From the NCBI GenBank assembly GCA_902477075.1, contig CABSFU010000005.1:6263-70262 (forward strand): a stretch of DNA of 64,000 bases. Direction: 5' to 3'. The stretch is from an uncultured Bacillales bacterium (lineage in GTDB: Bacteria; Bacillota_I; Bacilli_A; RF39; UBA660). The notes beneath the pieces are model-generated. The model saw only the letters and a list, made by a program, of their open reading frames with translations. It was not told where the DNA came from and ran no database searches. Shown piece by piece: positions 1 to 9,928 of this stretch. The translations under genes were made by a program, and so were the position numbers. Within the stretch, counting starts at the first letter, position 1; each line of letters starts with the position of its first letter.

Positions 1-565
1 ATTTCTCACCCTTTAATATTTGATCTAGTACTTTTAAATAATCAATTCTAGGATTCCATTTTTCAGAAATGGGGTATCCATTTGTTTCAAAGTAGTTAAG
101 TGGAATAGATTTTCTAGTATTGTTATTTAAAAAGTTGGTTAATTCTTTTTCTTCTAATAAAAAAATTTTATTGTACTTTGTAAATTTAACAATAAGAAAT
201 CCAATTCCACCATGTTCCACTATTTTTTGTAAATGAACAATCTGATGTGTATGTATATTATTTAAAGGAAAATAGTCAAGTTTTGTTTCTTTTGCCTCAA
301 AGTCAATGTATTTTCCTTTGTATATACCATTGTAATCTGTGGTAGATGGTATTTTGAAGTGTGCTTCTTTAATAACGGCATCTATTCTTGATTTATAATC
401 CACTTGATTAATCGTAATTGGTGTTGGTTTCTTATAAATAATTGCTTTATTATCTAATCTATATTGTTCATTTGTAATATTTAAATCATTTTCTAGTGAC
501 ATTCCTCTATTTCCATAGTTAATTTGTTTTTGCAGTTCTTTCTTTACGCCTGTTGGATATTTCAT
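1..565 (-). CDS. recU: Holliday junction resolvase RecU (3' end runs off the window start)
   Basis: Absent from the ORF track because it is open at the window edge. Hand translation of the reverse strand from ATG (565-563) gives MKYPTGVKKELQKQINYGNRGMSLENDLNITNEQYRLDNKAIIYKKPTPI...DFEAKETK...HQIVHLQKI. This fits the RecU pattern (NRGMSLE, D/E-x-K core). Confidence 0.8.
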   Translation of the reverse strand, partial: MKYPTGVKKELQKQINYGNRGMSLENDLNITNEQYRLDNKAIIYKKPTPITINQVDYKSRIDAVIKEAHFKIPSTTDYNGIYKGKYIDFEAKETKLDYFPLNNIHTHQIVHLQKIVEHGGIGFLIVKFTKYNKIFLLEEKELTNFLNNNTRKSIPLNYFETNGYPISEKWNPRIDYLKVLDQILKGEK

Positions 566-972
566 GGTATCACCATATTTATTATACAATAAATCTTTCT
601 TTTTGACTATAGGAGTTCTAATTTTTTCTAGTTTTGTCGAATTTGTGATTTCCTTTTTTTTATGTGTTACGATGTATTCGGGTGATGATATGAAATACTA
701 TATGCATATTAGTAGTATATTAGATGATATGATTGAAGACGTATCTTATATTAAAAGAAAAAAAGTAGTAGTAGATTTGGTAACAAAAGATAAATAAATC
801 TCTTTCAAGATTTATTTTTTTTAGAAAAAATGGTAAATTAATTTAAATTATTGTATAATAAATGCCAGATTGTACTAAAAAATTATAGGTTTCGTCTTTA
901 TTTGTTAATTTTGACCTCAAGTACAAATAAAGTATTATTGACTATATTGCTTAGTAGAAAAGAGATATATGT

Positions 973-1980
973 ATGAATAAAGAATTAATTATTAAGAACA
1001 AACAAATTAGGAAAAGTAGACCAATTTTAAACCCAAAAGTTTTATATTCAACCTACGAAAATAATGGCGTATTTCAAATCTGTTTTAAAAGTAGAGGATG
1101 CTCTAATTATTTGAATGGCTTTTGTATTATGTGCGATTATGGGGTTAGTAATAATATTACACCAAATGAATTGGATAGTGCTTTTGATCAAGCAATGAAT
1201 GAAAGTAAAGAAAAAATAAGAACTTTATTGTTAAACTCTTTTGGTAGTGTGCTTGATCAAGCTGAAATAAGTCGAGAATGTTTTATTACACTATTAAAAA
1301 AAATAAAAAATACAAATATAAAAAATATTATTTTTGAAACACATTATACAACAATAACAATAGAAAAATTGAAATTAATAAGAAGGGAACTTTTTGATAG
1401 AAACATTACTTTTGAGTTTGGTTTAGAAACATCAGATGAACAAGTAAGAGAAAACTTTCTTCTTAAATATATCGATAATGATAAATTTATAGATGTAATA
1501 AATTTAATTCATTCTTATGATATGAGAGTGATAGCAAATATAATTGTGGGAATTCCTTTTTTAGAAGAAAAAGAACAAATAAAAAATGCTGTAGAGTCAA
1601 TTGATTGGTGTTTTAAGAATAATATTAATGAGGTAGATCTTTTTCCAATGAATATAAGGCCATATACTTTATTAAGAGAAATTTATGAAGAGGGAAAATA
1701 TAATATTATTTCTCATTGGATGTTAATTGAAGTATTATCTGATGTTCCAATACATTATTTAAGTGATATTTACATTGCATGGTATGGAAATAGGGATCTA
1801 AAATACAGTGATAATCTTCATTCTATTTTTCCTACATCCTGTGATATTTGCCAAAAAGATTTATTTGTATTTTATAAAGAATATTTGAAAAGCCAAGATT
1901 CAAATGTTCGAAAAGAATTAATCAATAATTTAATTGCCAATAAACATTGCAAATGTTATCAAAAAATACGCAAAAAATAG
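973..1980 (+). CDS. Radical SAM-like protein (TIGR01210/RaSEA-like, non-canonical Cys cluster)
   Basis: 335-aa ORF. Cys motif CSNYLNGFCIMCDYG (C-x7-C-x2-C) lies near the N-terminus, followed by a TIM-barrel-like alternating pattern. Confidence 0.55.
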   Translation: MNKELIIKNKQIRKSRPILNPKVLYSTYENNGVFQICFKSRGCSNYLNGFCIMCDYGVSNNITPNELDSAFDQAMNESKEKIRTLLLNSFGSVLDQAEISRECFITLLKKIKNTNIKNIIFETHYTTITIEKLKLIRRELFDRNITFEFGLETSDEQVRENFLLKYIDNDKFIDVINLIHSYDMRVIANIIVGIPFLEEKEQIKNAVESIDWCFKNNINEVDLFPMNIRPYTLLREIYEEGKYNIISHWMLIEVLSDVPIHYLSDIYIAWYGNRDLKYSDNLHSIFPTSCDICQKDLFVFYKEYLKSQDSNVRKELINNLIANKHCKCYQKIRKK

Positions 1981-2036
1981 ACTGATATCCATGTAATAAA
2001 AATGAGAGTACATCATATCATTTAGTAGGTGATATC

Positions 2037-2315
2037 GTGAATAATTATCAAATATATCGTAATGAAATAATAGATTGTTATTATTTATTAGAAAATGATT
2101 ACATAAAAACATACGGAATTATTCAAAGAGAATTTGAATTTTATCAAGTTTATTTGGATCGCTTTAATTATTTAATTCATGGTGAAAGAATGATAGAAAA
2201 ATTAAGAGGAAGAGGCTATTTATCGGAAATAGAGTGTAAAAAAAAGTATGGAACAAGCCTTTCCACATTAGAGGAACCATCAAAAAGGAAAAAATTATTT
2301 CAGAAAAGAACATAA
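2037..2315 (+). CDS. Hypothetical protein
   Basis: 92-aa ORF with GTG start and AGGTGA-type RBS upstream. No recognisable motif. Confidence 0.4.
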   Translation: MNNYQIYRNEIIDCYYLLENDYIKTYGIIQREFEFYQVYLDRFNYLIHGERMIEKLRGRGYLSEIECKKKYGTSLSTLEEPSKRKKLFQKRT

Positions 2316-2381
2316 AATTTCTTTTCTTTTTGTATATGAAAATAAAATGTGATAAAATAAAAATAGAATAGGAATGATAAA

Positions 2382-2780
2382 ATGAAAAATGATTTAACGA
2401 AAACATTGAAAAATGAATCAAAAGATCGTAAAAAAATGATGGAAGAAGTAACTAATAATTTAGATACATATTCTTTTCGTATTATTGAATTAGAAAATAA
2501 AATAAAAGAGTATGAATTAGAAGAAATAAAATACAAAAATTTAGAAAGAGAAAGTAAAGAATTAACAAAAATCTACGAACTAAAACTAGAAGATTTAAAT
2601 AACAAAACGACATCGCTAGAAAATGAATTAAAACAAACTAGAATGGAACTAGTAAACGAAAAAACAATTAGTAAAAATTTAAAATCTTTTTTAGAAGTAA
2701 TTGTAAATCACTACGGTTTAGATGAAATGGAACAATTATCTGGAATATCAATAGACAAAATAAAAGAATATCTACATTAG
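2382..2780 (+). CDS. Hypothetical coiled-coil protein
   Basis: 132-aa ORF rich in E/K/L heptad-like sequence, with an RBS-like AGGAATGA upstream. Confidence 0.5.
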   Translation: MKNDLTKTLKNESKDRKKMMEEVTNNLDTYSFRIIELENKIKEYELEEIKYKNLERESKELTKIYELKLEDLNNKTTSLENELKQTRMELVNEKTISKNLKSFLEVIVNHYGLDEMEQLSGISIDKIKEYLH

Positions 2781-2785
2781 ATATT

Positions 2786-3067
2786 CTACATCATTTGATA
2801 ATTGGAACTACTATATTGTGAAGTACTATTTTGTGTATGAAACAAATTTTCTAAGTTAGTAACTCTTTTATCTAGTAAAGAAATTTGTTCTCTAAGATTT
2901 TGAATAGATTGATCATTGGAACTAGTGGTACTGGTATCATAAGGAACATTCATAACAGGCATACCCATATTAGGAAGCGGCATATTAGGCATGTAAGGCA
3001 TTCCTTGATATGCAGGATAAACAGGGTAAGGCACTCCACAATTTCTGTCTTTTTTCATGACAAACAC
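2786..3067 (-). CDS. Hypothetical Pro/Met/Tyr-rich small protein
   Basis: 93-aa ORF. The N-terminal half is PYPVYPAYQGMPYMPNMPLPNMGMPVMNVPY; the C-terminal half is a coiled segment. Confidence 0.5.
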   Translation of the reverse strand: MFVMKKDRNCGVPYPVYPAYQGMPYMPNMPLPNMGMPVMNVPYDTSTTSSNDQSIQNLREQISLLDKRVTNLENLFHTQNSTSQYSSSNYQMM

Positions 3068-3087
3068 ACTCCTATCTAATTAATTAT

Positions 3088-3741
3088 ATGCATAACAAAA
3101 AAAATAGTGAAGAGGATATTATGGAAGATTTATATAAATATGAAAAAGAATGTTATCAAAAAAATTACACTTTAATAGGTGGGGTAGATGAAGTAGGCAG
3201 AGGCCCTTTAGTTGGACCTGTTGTAGCAGCCTGCTGTGTATTACCAAAAGATTTTTATTTAGAAGGATTAACTGATTCAAAAAAATTAAGTGAAAAAAAA
3301 AGAAATTTATTTTTTGAATATATTAAAAAGTACGCTATAGCTTATGGTATTGGTGTTGTATCACCAGAAAGAATAGATGAAATCAATATTTATAATGCTA
3401 GTAAAGAAGCTATGATAAAAGCAATCAAAGAAGTTCAAAAACAGATTCCACTTGAGATTGTTTTAGTGGACGCTATGCCACTTGATTTAGATATTCCAAG
3501 TATTTCTATTATTCATGGTGATGCTTTAAGTATTAGTATAGCAGCAGCTAGTGTTCTTGCCAAAGTAACACGTGATCAAATGATGTACGAACTAGATGAA
3601 AAGTATCCTATGTACGGATTCGGAAATCATAAAGGTTATCCAACTAAGAAACATATAGAGGCTTTAGAAAAATATGGGTTAATCGATGGATATCGAAAAA
3701 CATATGGGCCTGTAAAAAAGATAATGGAGGAAAAGATATGA
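3088..3741 (+). CDS. rnhB: Ribonuclease HII
   Basis: GGVDEVGRGPLVGPVVAA catalytic motif and typical length. The internal ATG at 3121 has a better RBS (GAGGA) and may be the true start. Confidence 0.9.
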   Translation: MHNKKNSEEDIMEDLYKYEKECYQKNYTLIGGVDEVGRGPLVGPVVAACCVLPKDFYLEGLTDSKKLSEKKRNLFFEYIKKYAIAYGIGVVSPERIDEINIYNASKEAMIKAIKEVQKQIPLEIVLVDAMPLDLDIPSISIIHGDALSISIAAASVLAKVTRDQMMYELDEKYPMYGFGNHKGYPTKKHIEALEKYGLIDGYRKTYGPVKKIMEEKI

Positions 3742-4679
3742 AATATTGCTTAATTACACACATTGCCGATCCAGATGGAGCTTTTCCTATTATTTTGTCA
3801 AAATTAGTACTAGAAAATGTAGAATGTTTTTCGTGTGAACAAGGAGAAGTAGATAGTCTATTAGAACAAATAATCCAAAAAGATTATGATACCATTTATA
3901 TTGTAGATTTAAATATGACAGAAGATATGGCAAAAAAGATAAATGAAAATGATGTTTTAAAAAATAAAATTAAGGTTTTTGATCATCATGAAAGTGTATC
4001 CTATTTAAATAAGTATCCATTTATTCAAGTAGTGGTAGAAGCAAATGGTCAAAAAGAATGTGGAACGACTTTATATCTTAATCATTTAAAAAAAGTAATG
4101 AAAAATCCTATTTTAGAAAATAATGCTTTGAATTTTTTAGTAGAACTAGTAAGAGAAAATGATACTTTTGATTTTAAAGACGAACTAGAGGATCAAGCAA
4201 TTCAATTTAGAAATTTATATGATATATATGGTAGAGAAAAATATATTGAACATTTTACTGAATATATATTAACACATGATACATTTGAATTGACAGGAAT
4301 AGAAAAAGAAATAATAGAAATAGAAGAAGCTAGATCAAAACGTTATATTGAAGAAAAATTAAAGCATATGAAAAAAGCAACGATTGATGGAGTGAAAGTG
4401 GGTATTGTTTTTGCTGAACAAAATCGTTCTATGTTAGGACATGCTATAGTAGATAATAATCCAGACATTGATATAGCTGTTGTCATTAATGTGGATCGTT
4501 CTATTAGTTATCGAGCTTGTAAAGAAAATATAGACACTAATATTTTAGCGACAGTTTATGGTGGAGGGGGTCATAAGCATGCTTCTGGTAGTCCTCTTCC
4601 AACTGATTTGCAAGAAAAAATAGTAGAATACCTTTTTAAAAAAGTAGAATGGGAGAATTTATGGAAGTCAGAAAAATAA
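3738..4679 (+). CDS. DHH family phosphoesterase (NrnA-like)
   Basis: DHH motifs HIADPDG and FDHHES, plus the DHHA1 motif GGGGHKHASG. ATGA overlap with the rnhB stop. Confidence 0.8.
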   Translation: MKYCLITHIADPDGAFPIILSKLVLENVECFSCEQGEVDSLLEQIIQKDYDTIYIVDLNMTEDMAKKINENDVLKNKIKVFDHHESVSYLNKYPFIQVVVEANGQKECGTTLYLNHLKKVMKNPILENNALNFLVELVRENDTFDFKDELEDQAIQFRNLYDIYGREKYIEHFTEYILTHDTFELTGIEKEIIEIEEARSKRYIEEKLKHMKKATIDGVKVGIVFAEQNRSMLGHAIVDNNPDIDIAVVINVDRSISYRACKENIDTNILATVYGGGGHKHASGSPLPTDLQEKIVEYLFKKVEWENLWKSEK

Positions 4680-5200
4680 AAGTTGGATATTTAGAAGAAA
4701 ATTGCTATGTAATAGAAGAAGGAAAAGAATGTATTGTTGTGGATCCAGGGGATGATTCCTACTTGATTGAGAAACAAATAGGTGATAAAACTCTTTTAGG
4801 AATTTTGGTTACACATGGACACTCTGATCATATAGGTGCTTTAAATGTTATGATGAAAAAATATGGTGTACCAGTATATCGTTTTGACAATTTACAAGAA
4901 AAAAAATATCAATTAGGTCCTTTTTGTTTCCAAGTTATTTACAATCCAGGGCATACTAAGGATTCTATTAGTTTTTTCTTTTACCAATATAATTTTATGA
5001 TGGTGGGAGATTTTATTTTTAAAAATACCATCGGTAGAACGGATTTAGAAGGCGGAAACATAGAAAGTATGATGGAATCGATTCGTAAAATTAGTTTATA
5101 TTCTAAGCAGATTCGATTATATCCAGGTCATGGAGAAGCCACTACTCTAGGAGATGAAATACAAAATAATTATTATTTTAAAAAAGCTCTTGAAAAGTAA
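4661..5200 (+). CDS. MBL-fold metallo-hydrolase
   Basis: VTHGHSDHIG (HxHxDH), later HTKDS and PGHG motifs. Start chosen at ATG 4661 behind GGGAGA; the ORF track start is 4649. Confidence 0.85.
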   Translation: MEVRKIKVGYLEENCYVIEEGKECIVVDPGDDSYLIEKQIGDKTLLGILVTHGHSDHIGALNVMMKKYGVPVYRFDNLQEKKYQLGPFCFQVIYNPGHTKDSISFFFYQYNFMMVGDFIFKNTIGRTDLEGGNIESMMESIRKISLYSKQIRLYPGHGEATTLGDEIQNNYYFKKALEK

Positions 5201-5257
5201 GTGAAAATAATTGAAATTAAAAATAAATTTTGATAAAATGACTTAGGAGGTTAGATT

Positions 5258-5821
5258 ATGAAAAAAGAAGAAATAGAACAAATGAATTTATTAATAAAAC
5301 AAATTAGAAGTATTCTAGTGATTATTGCTTGTATTTTAGTTCTTAATGTAATTGTAACAGGAATAAGTTCTAATCATAGCAATAACAATAATAATAACAC
5401 TAGTACAACTAATGGAAATAACAACAATAGTAGCACAGAAGAAGAGGCGTCTACTACGGAGTATGATGTATCTAGTTTTACAGAAATTACAGTAGATGAA
5501 ATGTTTAATAAAGTAAATACGAGTGGATATAGAATTGTTTATGTAGGAAGAAGCGGTTGTGGATATTGTAGAATGTTCTTAGGAGCATTGCGACAAGCAC
5601 AAAGTGAATTTAATTATGAAACTTTATACATTGATTTGGATAAAGTAACAACAGATGGTTCTAATAAAATGAAGGCAATTTCAAGTGATTTAAATGAAAA
5701 ATTTGGTTATACACCAATGGTAATTGTTTATAAAGATGGCGTTTACCAAGATGTATGGGTAGGATATGCTGAATATTCTTCATTTGCCTCTTTCTTAACA
5801 GGATTAGGAATGACAAAATAA
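5258..5821 (+). CDS. Membrane-anchored thioredoxin-fold protein
   Basis: N-terminal TM helix, poly-Asn/Thr linker and a CGYC (CxxC) motif in a thioredoxin-like context. Confidence 0.65.
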   Translation: MKKEEIEQMNLLIKQIRSILVIIACILVLNVIVTGISSNHSNNNNNNTSTTNGNNNNSSTEEEASTTEYDVSSFTEITVDEMFNKVNTSGYRIVYVGRSGCGYCRMFLGALRQAQSEFNYETLYIDLDKVTTDGSNKMKAISSDLNEKFGYTPMVIVYKDGVYQDVWVGYAEYSSFASFLTGLGMTK

Positions 5822-5894
5822 GCTTTTGGCTTATTTTTTTTGATATTTTATTTTCAAAAAAATAAAGATATGTTATGATATAAATGGTGATTTT

Positions 5895-6608
5895 ATGGGA
5901 AGAGCTTATGAAGTAAGAAAAGCAAGTATACAAAAAACAGGAGCAGCTAGAGGAAAAATTTATTCTATGTATGCAAGAGAAATTTATGATGTAGCAAAAA
6001 AGGGTGGAACAGATCCTGCTAGTAATGCTTCTTTAAAAAGACTAATGGAAAAGGCAAAAAAAGAGCAAGTTCCAGCAGATATCATTAAAAGAGCAATTGA
6101 TAAAGTAAACAGTGGTGCGGATGAAACATATGAAAAAGTGGTTTATGAAGTGTTTGGACCAGCTGGATCAACTGCTGTAGTGGAATGTTTAACGGATAAT
6201 GTGAATCGTTCTATTAGTAGTGTCCGTGCAGCACTAAATAAATGTAAAAGTAAAATGGGATCTATGGGGTCCGTTACATTTAATTATGATCATTTATGTA
6301 TTGTTAGTGTAAAGGGTATTGATGAAGAATCTCTTTTAGAACTGCTTTTAGAAAATGGAATCGATGTCATTGATATTGAATCAAAAGATGATTGTGTTAT
6401 CGTATATGGTAATCCAATGGATAGCAATGCGATTAAAGAAGCAGTAGTTTCTAAATTGGGAGATATGGAATTTGACGTGGATGATATTGCTTATCTTCCA
6501 AAAGATACAATTGAATTAGTTGGTGATGATAAAGAAGTATTTGACCGTCTTCTAACAATGTTAGATGATGTAGAAGATGTTCAAAATGTTTATCACAATG
6601 TAAAATAA
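5895..6608 (+). CDS. yebC: YebC/PmpR family DNA-binding transcriptional regulator
   Basis: MGRAYEVRKASIQKTGAARGKIYS... N-terminus and length are typical of the YebC family. Confidence 0.9.
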   Translation: MGRAYEVRKASIQKTGAARGKIYSMYAREIYDVAKKGGTDPASNASLKRLMEKAKKEQVPADIIKRAIDKVNSGADETYEKVVYEVFGPAGSTAVVECLTDNVNRSISSVRAALNKCKSKMGSMGSVTFNYDHLCIVSVKGIDEESLLELLLENGIDVIDIESKDDCVIVYGNPMDSNAIKEAVVSKLGDMEFDVDDIAYLPKDTIELVGDDKEVFDRLLTMLDDVEDVQNVYHNVK

Positions 6609-6709
6609 AATACTTGAAAAAAAGTATTTTTTTTGATATATTAGACATGTAAATAAAAATAGTAATATAGTTTGTAGATAGTAAATTTTTATGTTTGCTA
6701 TATGCAAAC

Positions 6710-6719
6710 GGGGGGGGGG
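6710..6719 (+). repeat. Homopolymeric G10 tract upstream of the pilin-like gene
   Basis: caaacGGGGGGGGGGttacat read directly from the sequence. It is the only long G/C homopolymer I noticed in this AT-rich window. Confidence 0.9.
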
Positions 6720-6832
6720 TTACATACCTCTTTTTTAAAATTCAAATGTAATACTATGGTTTACATTTGAAAATAACTATGATAAACTGTATGAAGAATA
6801 GAAAAATACAAATAATAAAAGAAGTGAGGAGT

Positions 6833-7960
6833 ATGAATATGAAGAACAAAGGATTTACATTAATAGAATTATTAGCTGTAATAGTTATATTATCAGTGAT
6901 TACATTAATCACAATACCAATGATAACAAATGTAATAGAGGAAAGTAAAAAGAAAGCACTTATGTCTAGTGTACAAGGAATATTAGATTCGACTAATTAT
7001 TTTACAATGAGTCATGAGGCAGGAGTCTATGAATTTTTATTTGATAAAGAACATCAAGGAAGTACAAAAAAAGGAGAAAGTCTAGATTATAGAGGAACCA
7101 TAGATGGAGAAGGAAAACTCTATTTAGATAAAGAGGGAAATGTCAGTGTTTGTATCTCAAATGATACCTATTATGCATATAAAAACTATAATAGTGGAAT
7201 TATCGTAGGAGAAAGAAAAACTGGAAATTGTATCATAGGATTTGATGCCTTAACAAATAAATATGTAGCAATGTTAGATAATGGAACAGGGAATGTTAGT
7301 AATGTATATTCAAAAGACGAAATCAACAATTTAATAGATAATTTAGCTAACACATATGCAACAAAAGAAGAATTATCAACTATGGGTAATAATTTATCAA
7401 CACTTGTTAATAATAATACACAAGATGTTAATCAATTAAAACAAAATTTAAATGTACGTTATAATGAGGCAAATGATATGGTGCAAATATATTATAATAA
7501 TACATGGAATGATTGGAAAACAGGGAACCAGCAAGCTTATTATTTAGTGAAAAATTATACAGCAAATGTCGATAATATAGGAAGCTTGGATCGTTCAGGA
7601 GTAGGTATGGCAGGTATGACTAGAGCTGTTCCATCCTATAATAGTACTAATCATACTTATAGTATAGCGGATGATAGAGAAGGAACATTGTTTTCTAAAA
7701 ATTTAATTAATTTAGAAGGATATAATACATTACATATTAAATATACGGCTAAATTTTATTCTTCTACTACTCAAATTCGTCTTGGTTTTACGGCTTCTAA
7801 ATCATTCACTCAAAATTATAATCCAGCAACTACGAATTGGTTGAAAAATGGAACAAATGAAGATTCATTTGATATATCAACAACAAATAATAAATTATAT
7901 TTCTATATTTGGTTATATGATGGAACTGATTTAATAATAGAAGACATATGGCTTACTTAG
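6833..7960 (+). CDS. Prepilin-type N-terminal cleavage/methylation domain protein with a large C-terminal domain
   Basis: The KGFTLIELLAVIVILSVITLI class III signal is typical of type IV pilins and Com pseudopilins. Start is ATG 6833 or 6839 behind GAGGAG; the ORF track start 6767 is probably too far upstream. Confidence 0.8.
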   Translation: MNMKNKGFTLIELLAVIVILSVITLITIPMITNVIEESKKKALMSSVQGILDSTNYFTMSHEAGVYEFLFDKEHQGSTKKGESLDYRGTIDGEGKLYLDKEGNVSVCISNDTYYAYKNYNSGIIVGERKTGNCIIGFDALTNKYVAMLDNGTGNVSNVYSKDEINNLIDNLANTYATKEELSTMGNNLSTLVNNNTQDVNQLKQNLNVRYNEANDMVQIYYNNTWNDWKTGNQQAYYLVKNYTANVDNIGSLDRSGVGMAGMTRAVPSYNSTNHTYSIADDREGTLFSKNLINLEGYNTLHIKYTAKFYSSTTQIRLGFTASKSFTQNYNPATTNWLKNGTNEDSFDISTTNNKLYFYIWLYDGTDLIIEDIWLT

Positions 7961-8034
7961 AATAAAAAAGTCAGAAGTGATAAGAGAGATGGAAATTCCA
8001 TTTCTTTTTTGATATAATGAATTAGGTGGTTGTA

Positions 8035-9792
8035 ATGAGTAAAATTAAAATAATGGATGAATTATTAGCTAATAAAATTGCAGCAGGTGAAGTAGTAGAA
8101 CGTTGTGTAAATGTTGTAAAAGAATTAGTAGAAAATAGTATTGATGCCAAATCAACTGAAATAAAAATTGAATTAATGGATGCAGGAACAAAACAAATAA
8201 AAGTGACAGATAACGGAGTAGGTATGGATAGAGATGATGCTGTGTTAGCTTTTTCTAGACATGCAACTAGTAAATTAAAAACAGAAGAAGACTTATATCG
8301 TATTGAAACATTAGGGTTTAGAGGAGAAGCTCTAGCTAGTATCGCTTCTGTATCTGAAGTAGTATTAACGACATGTAGTAACGAGGTTGGTACGAACGTT
8401 ATTATAAATGGTGGAAAAATAGAAAGAGTAGAAAATAGTGAAGCCAGAATAGGAACTGTAATTGAAATTAATAATTTATTTTATAATACGCCAGCACGCT
8501 TAAAACATTTAAGTAGTTTATATGCCGAATTAGCGAATATTACAGATTATGTCAATAAAATAGCTCTTTCTAATCCAAATATCAAATTTATGCTAATAAA
8601 TAATGGAAATACTTTATTACAAACCAGTGGAAATGGAGATTTATTAAAAGTAATTTATGCAATATATGGTTTAGATATTACCAAAAAAATGCTAGATATT
8701 CAAAATGCAAATGAAGATTATACGATAAGTGGTTATATTTCATTACCAGAAGTGCATAGAGCAAGTAGAAATGCTATGGTAACATTGGTAAATGGTAGGG
8801 TAGTTAGAAATCAAGAATTAAATAGAATCATTAATGATAGCTATCATTCTTTTAAACCAGATAATCGCTATCCTGTTGTTGTTTTAAATATTGAAGTAGA
8901 TCCTAGTTTAATTGATGTAAATATTCATCCAACTAAAATGGATATTAAATTTTCTAATTTTGATGATTTAAAAGAATTAGTAAAAACTACCATTCAAAAC
9001 AGAATTAAATCTATTAATTTAATTCCCCATATTGAAGTAGAAGAACCAGAACAAGAAATAGAATCATCTATTGAAAAGATATTAGAAAAACCTAAAAAAA
9101 CATATGAAGAAATTACTTTAGATTTTGATGTTCCCGTGAAGGAAGATACAACAATTTACCAAGTAAACAGTGATTTTTTAGATGATGAAGTAGAAGAACC
9201 AGAAAGAATGCCTATAATGTATCCCGTAGGGGCTGTACATGGTACTTATATTATTTGTCAAAATGAAAAGGGAATGTATTTAATTGATCAACACGCAGCA
9301 AAAGAAAGAATTAATTATGAAATTTGTTTAGAAAAATTAACAAGTTTAGATAATAAAAATATTAAATTATTAATTCCTCTTACTTTTGAATATACAACTA
9401 GTGAATATATTATATTAAAGGAAAATTTAGAATTTTTAAGAAATATGAATTTTGAGATAGAACCCTTTGGCATTAATTCAGTTATTATTAAAGCTCATCC
9501 TACATGGATACCAAAAGGTAACGAAGAAAAAGCAATTCGAAAAGTAATAGAACTTGTTATTTATAAAGAAAAAAATTTCAATATTAAAACATTTAACGAT
9601 CATTTAGCTGCTACCATGGCTTGTAAAATGAGCATTAAGGCAAATGATTCCTTAACATTAGATGAAATGAAATATTTAGTAGAAGATTTAAGAAAATGTA
9701 AAAATCCATTTAACTGTCCACATGGCAGACCTACAACTATTTTTTACTCTACTTATGATTTAGAAAAATTATTTAAAAGAAGTGGTTTTTAA
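8035..9792 (+). CDS. mutL: DNA mismatch repair protein MutL
   Basis: LANKIAAGEVVERCVNVVKELVENSIDA GHKL ATPase N-terminus and a C-terminal dimerisation/endonuclease region. Start at 8035 behind AGGTGG. Confidence 0.93.
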   Translation: MSKIKIMDELLANKIAAGEVVERCVNVVKELVENSIDAKSTEIKIELMDAGTKQIKVTDNGVGMDRDDAVLAFSRHATSKLKTEEDLYRIETLGFRGEALASIASVSEVVLTTCSNEVGTNVIINGGKIERVENSEARIGTVIEINNLFYNTPARLKHLSSLYAELANITDYVNKIALSNPNIKFMLINNGNTLLQTSGNGDLLKVIYAIYGLDITKKMLDIQNANEDYTISGYISLPEVHRASRNAMVTLVNGRVVRNQELNRIINDSYHSFKPDNRYPVVVLNIEVDPSLIDVNIHPTKMDIKFSNFDDLKELVKTTIQNRIKSINLIPHIEVEEPEQEIESSIEKILEKPKKTYEEITLDFDVPVKEDTTIYQVNSDFLDDEVEEPERMPIMYPVGAVHGTYIICQNEKGMYLIDQHAAKERINYEICLEKLTSLDNKNIKLLIPLTFEYTTSEYIILKENLEFLRNMNFEIEPFGINSVIIKAHPTWIPKGNEEKAIRKVIELVIYKEKNFNIKTFNDHLAATMACKMSIKANDSLTLDEMKYLVEDLRKCKNPFNCPHGRPTTIFYSTYDLEKLFKRSGF

Positions 9793-9806
9793 CAAACCAC
9801 TTTTTA
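9781..9806 (+). terminator. Rho-independent terminator of mutL
   Basis: agtggttt-ttaac-aaaccact followed by a T-run. The 5' arm overlaps the mutL stop codon. Confidence 0.55.
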
Positions 9807-9847
9807 ATATAAAAAAAACAAACCATAAGGTTTGATTTAAAACTCAA

Positions 9848-9924
9848 TGGTGATCGGTATGGGATTCGGACCCATGAATGCTGCCGTGAAAGGGCAGTGT
9901 GTTAAGCCACTTCACCAACCGACC
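9848..9924 (-). tRNA. tRNA-Glu (anticodon UUC)
   Basis: The reverse complement folds as a cloverleaf: acceptor GGTCGGT/ACCGATC, anticodon arm CTGCC-CTTTCAC-GGCAG, encoded CCA. The T-loop reads TCCGAAT rather than the canonical TTCGAAT. Confidence 0.85.
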
Positions 9925-9928
9925 AAGA

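Noticed and set aside
564-797. 77-aa ORF 564..797(+)
   Set aside because: Its 5' part overlaps the recU start and promoter region and is low-complexity hydrophobic sequence from a T-rich frame. At most a short 3' peptide before the hairpin at about 795-822 could be real. This is not enough evidence to call it.
1930-2536. Minus-strand ORFs 1930..2112, 2164..2421 and 2300..2536
   Set aside because: They are antisense to better-supported plus-strand ORFs. Their Phe/Ile/Leu/Asn-rich composition is typical of random frames in AT-rich DNA, and no RBS is present.
8035-9792. mutL without an adjacent mutS as a sign of rearrangement
   Set aside because: mutS may simply lie elsewhere on the chromosome. 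Nothing in the flanks (intact promoter region, normal terminator) indicates a recent disruption.
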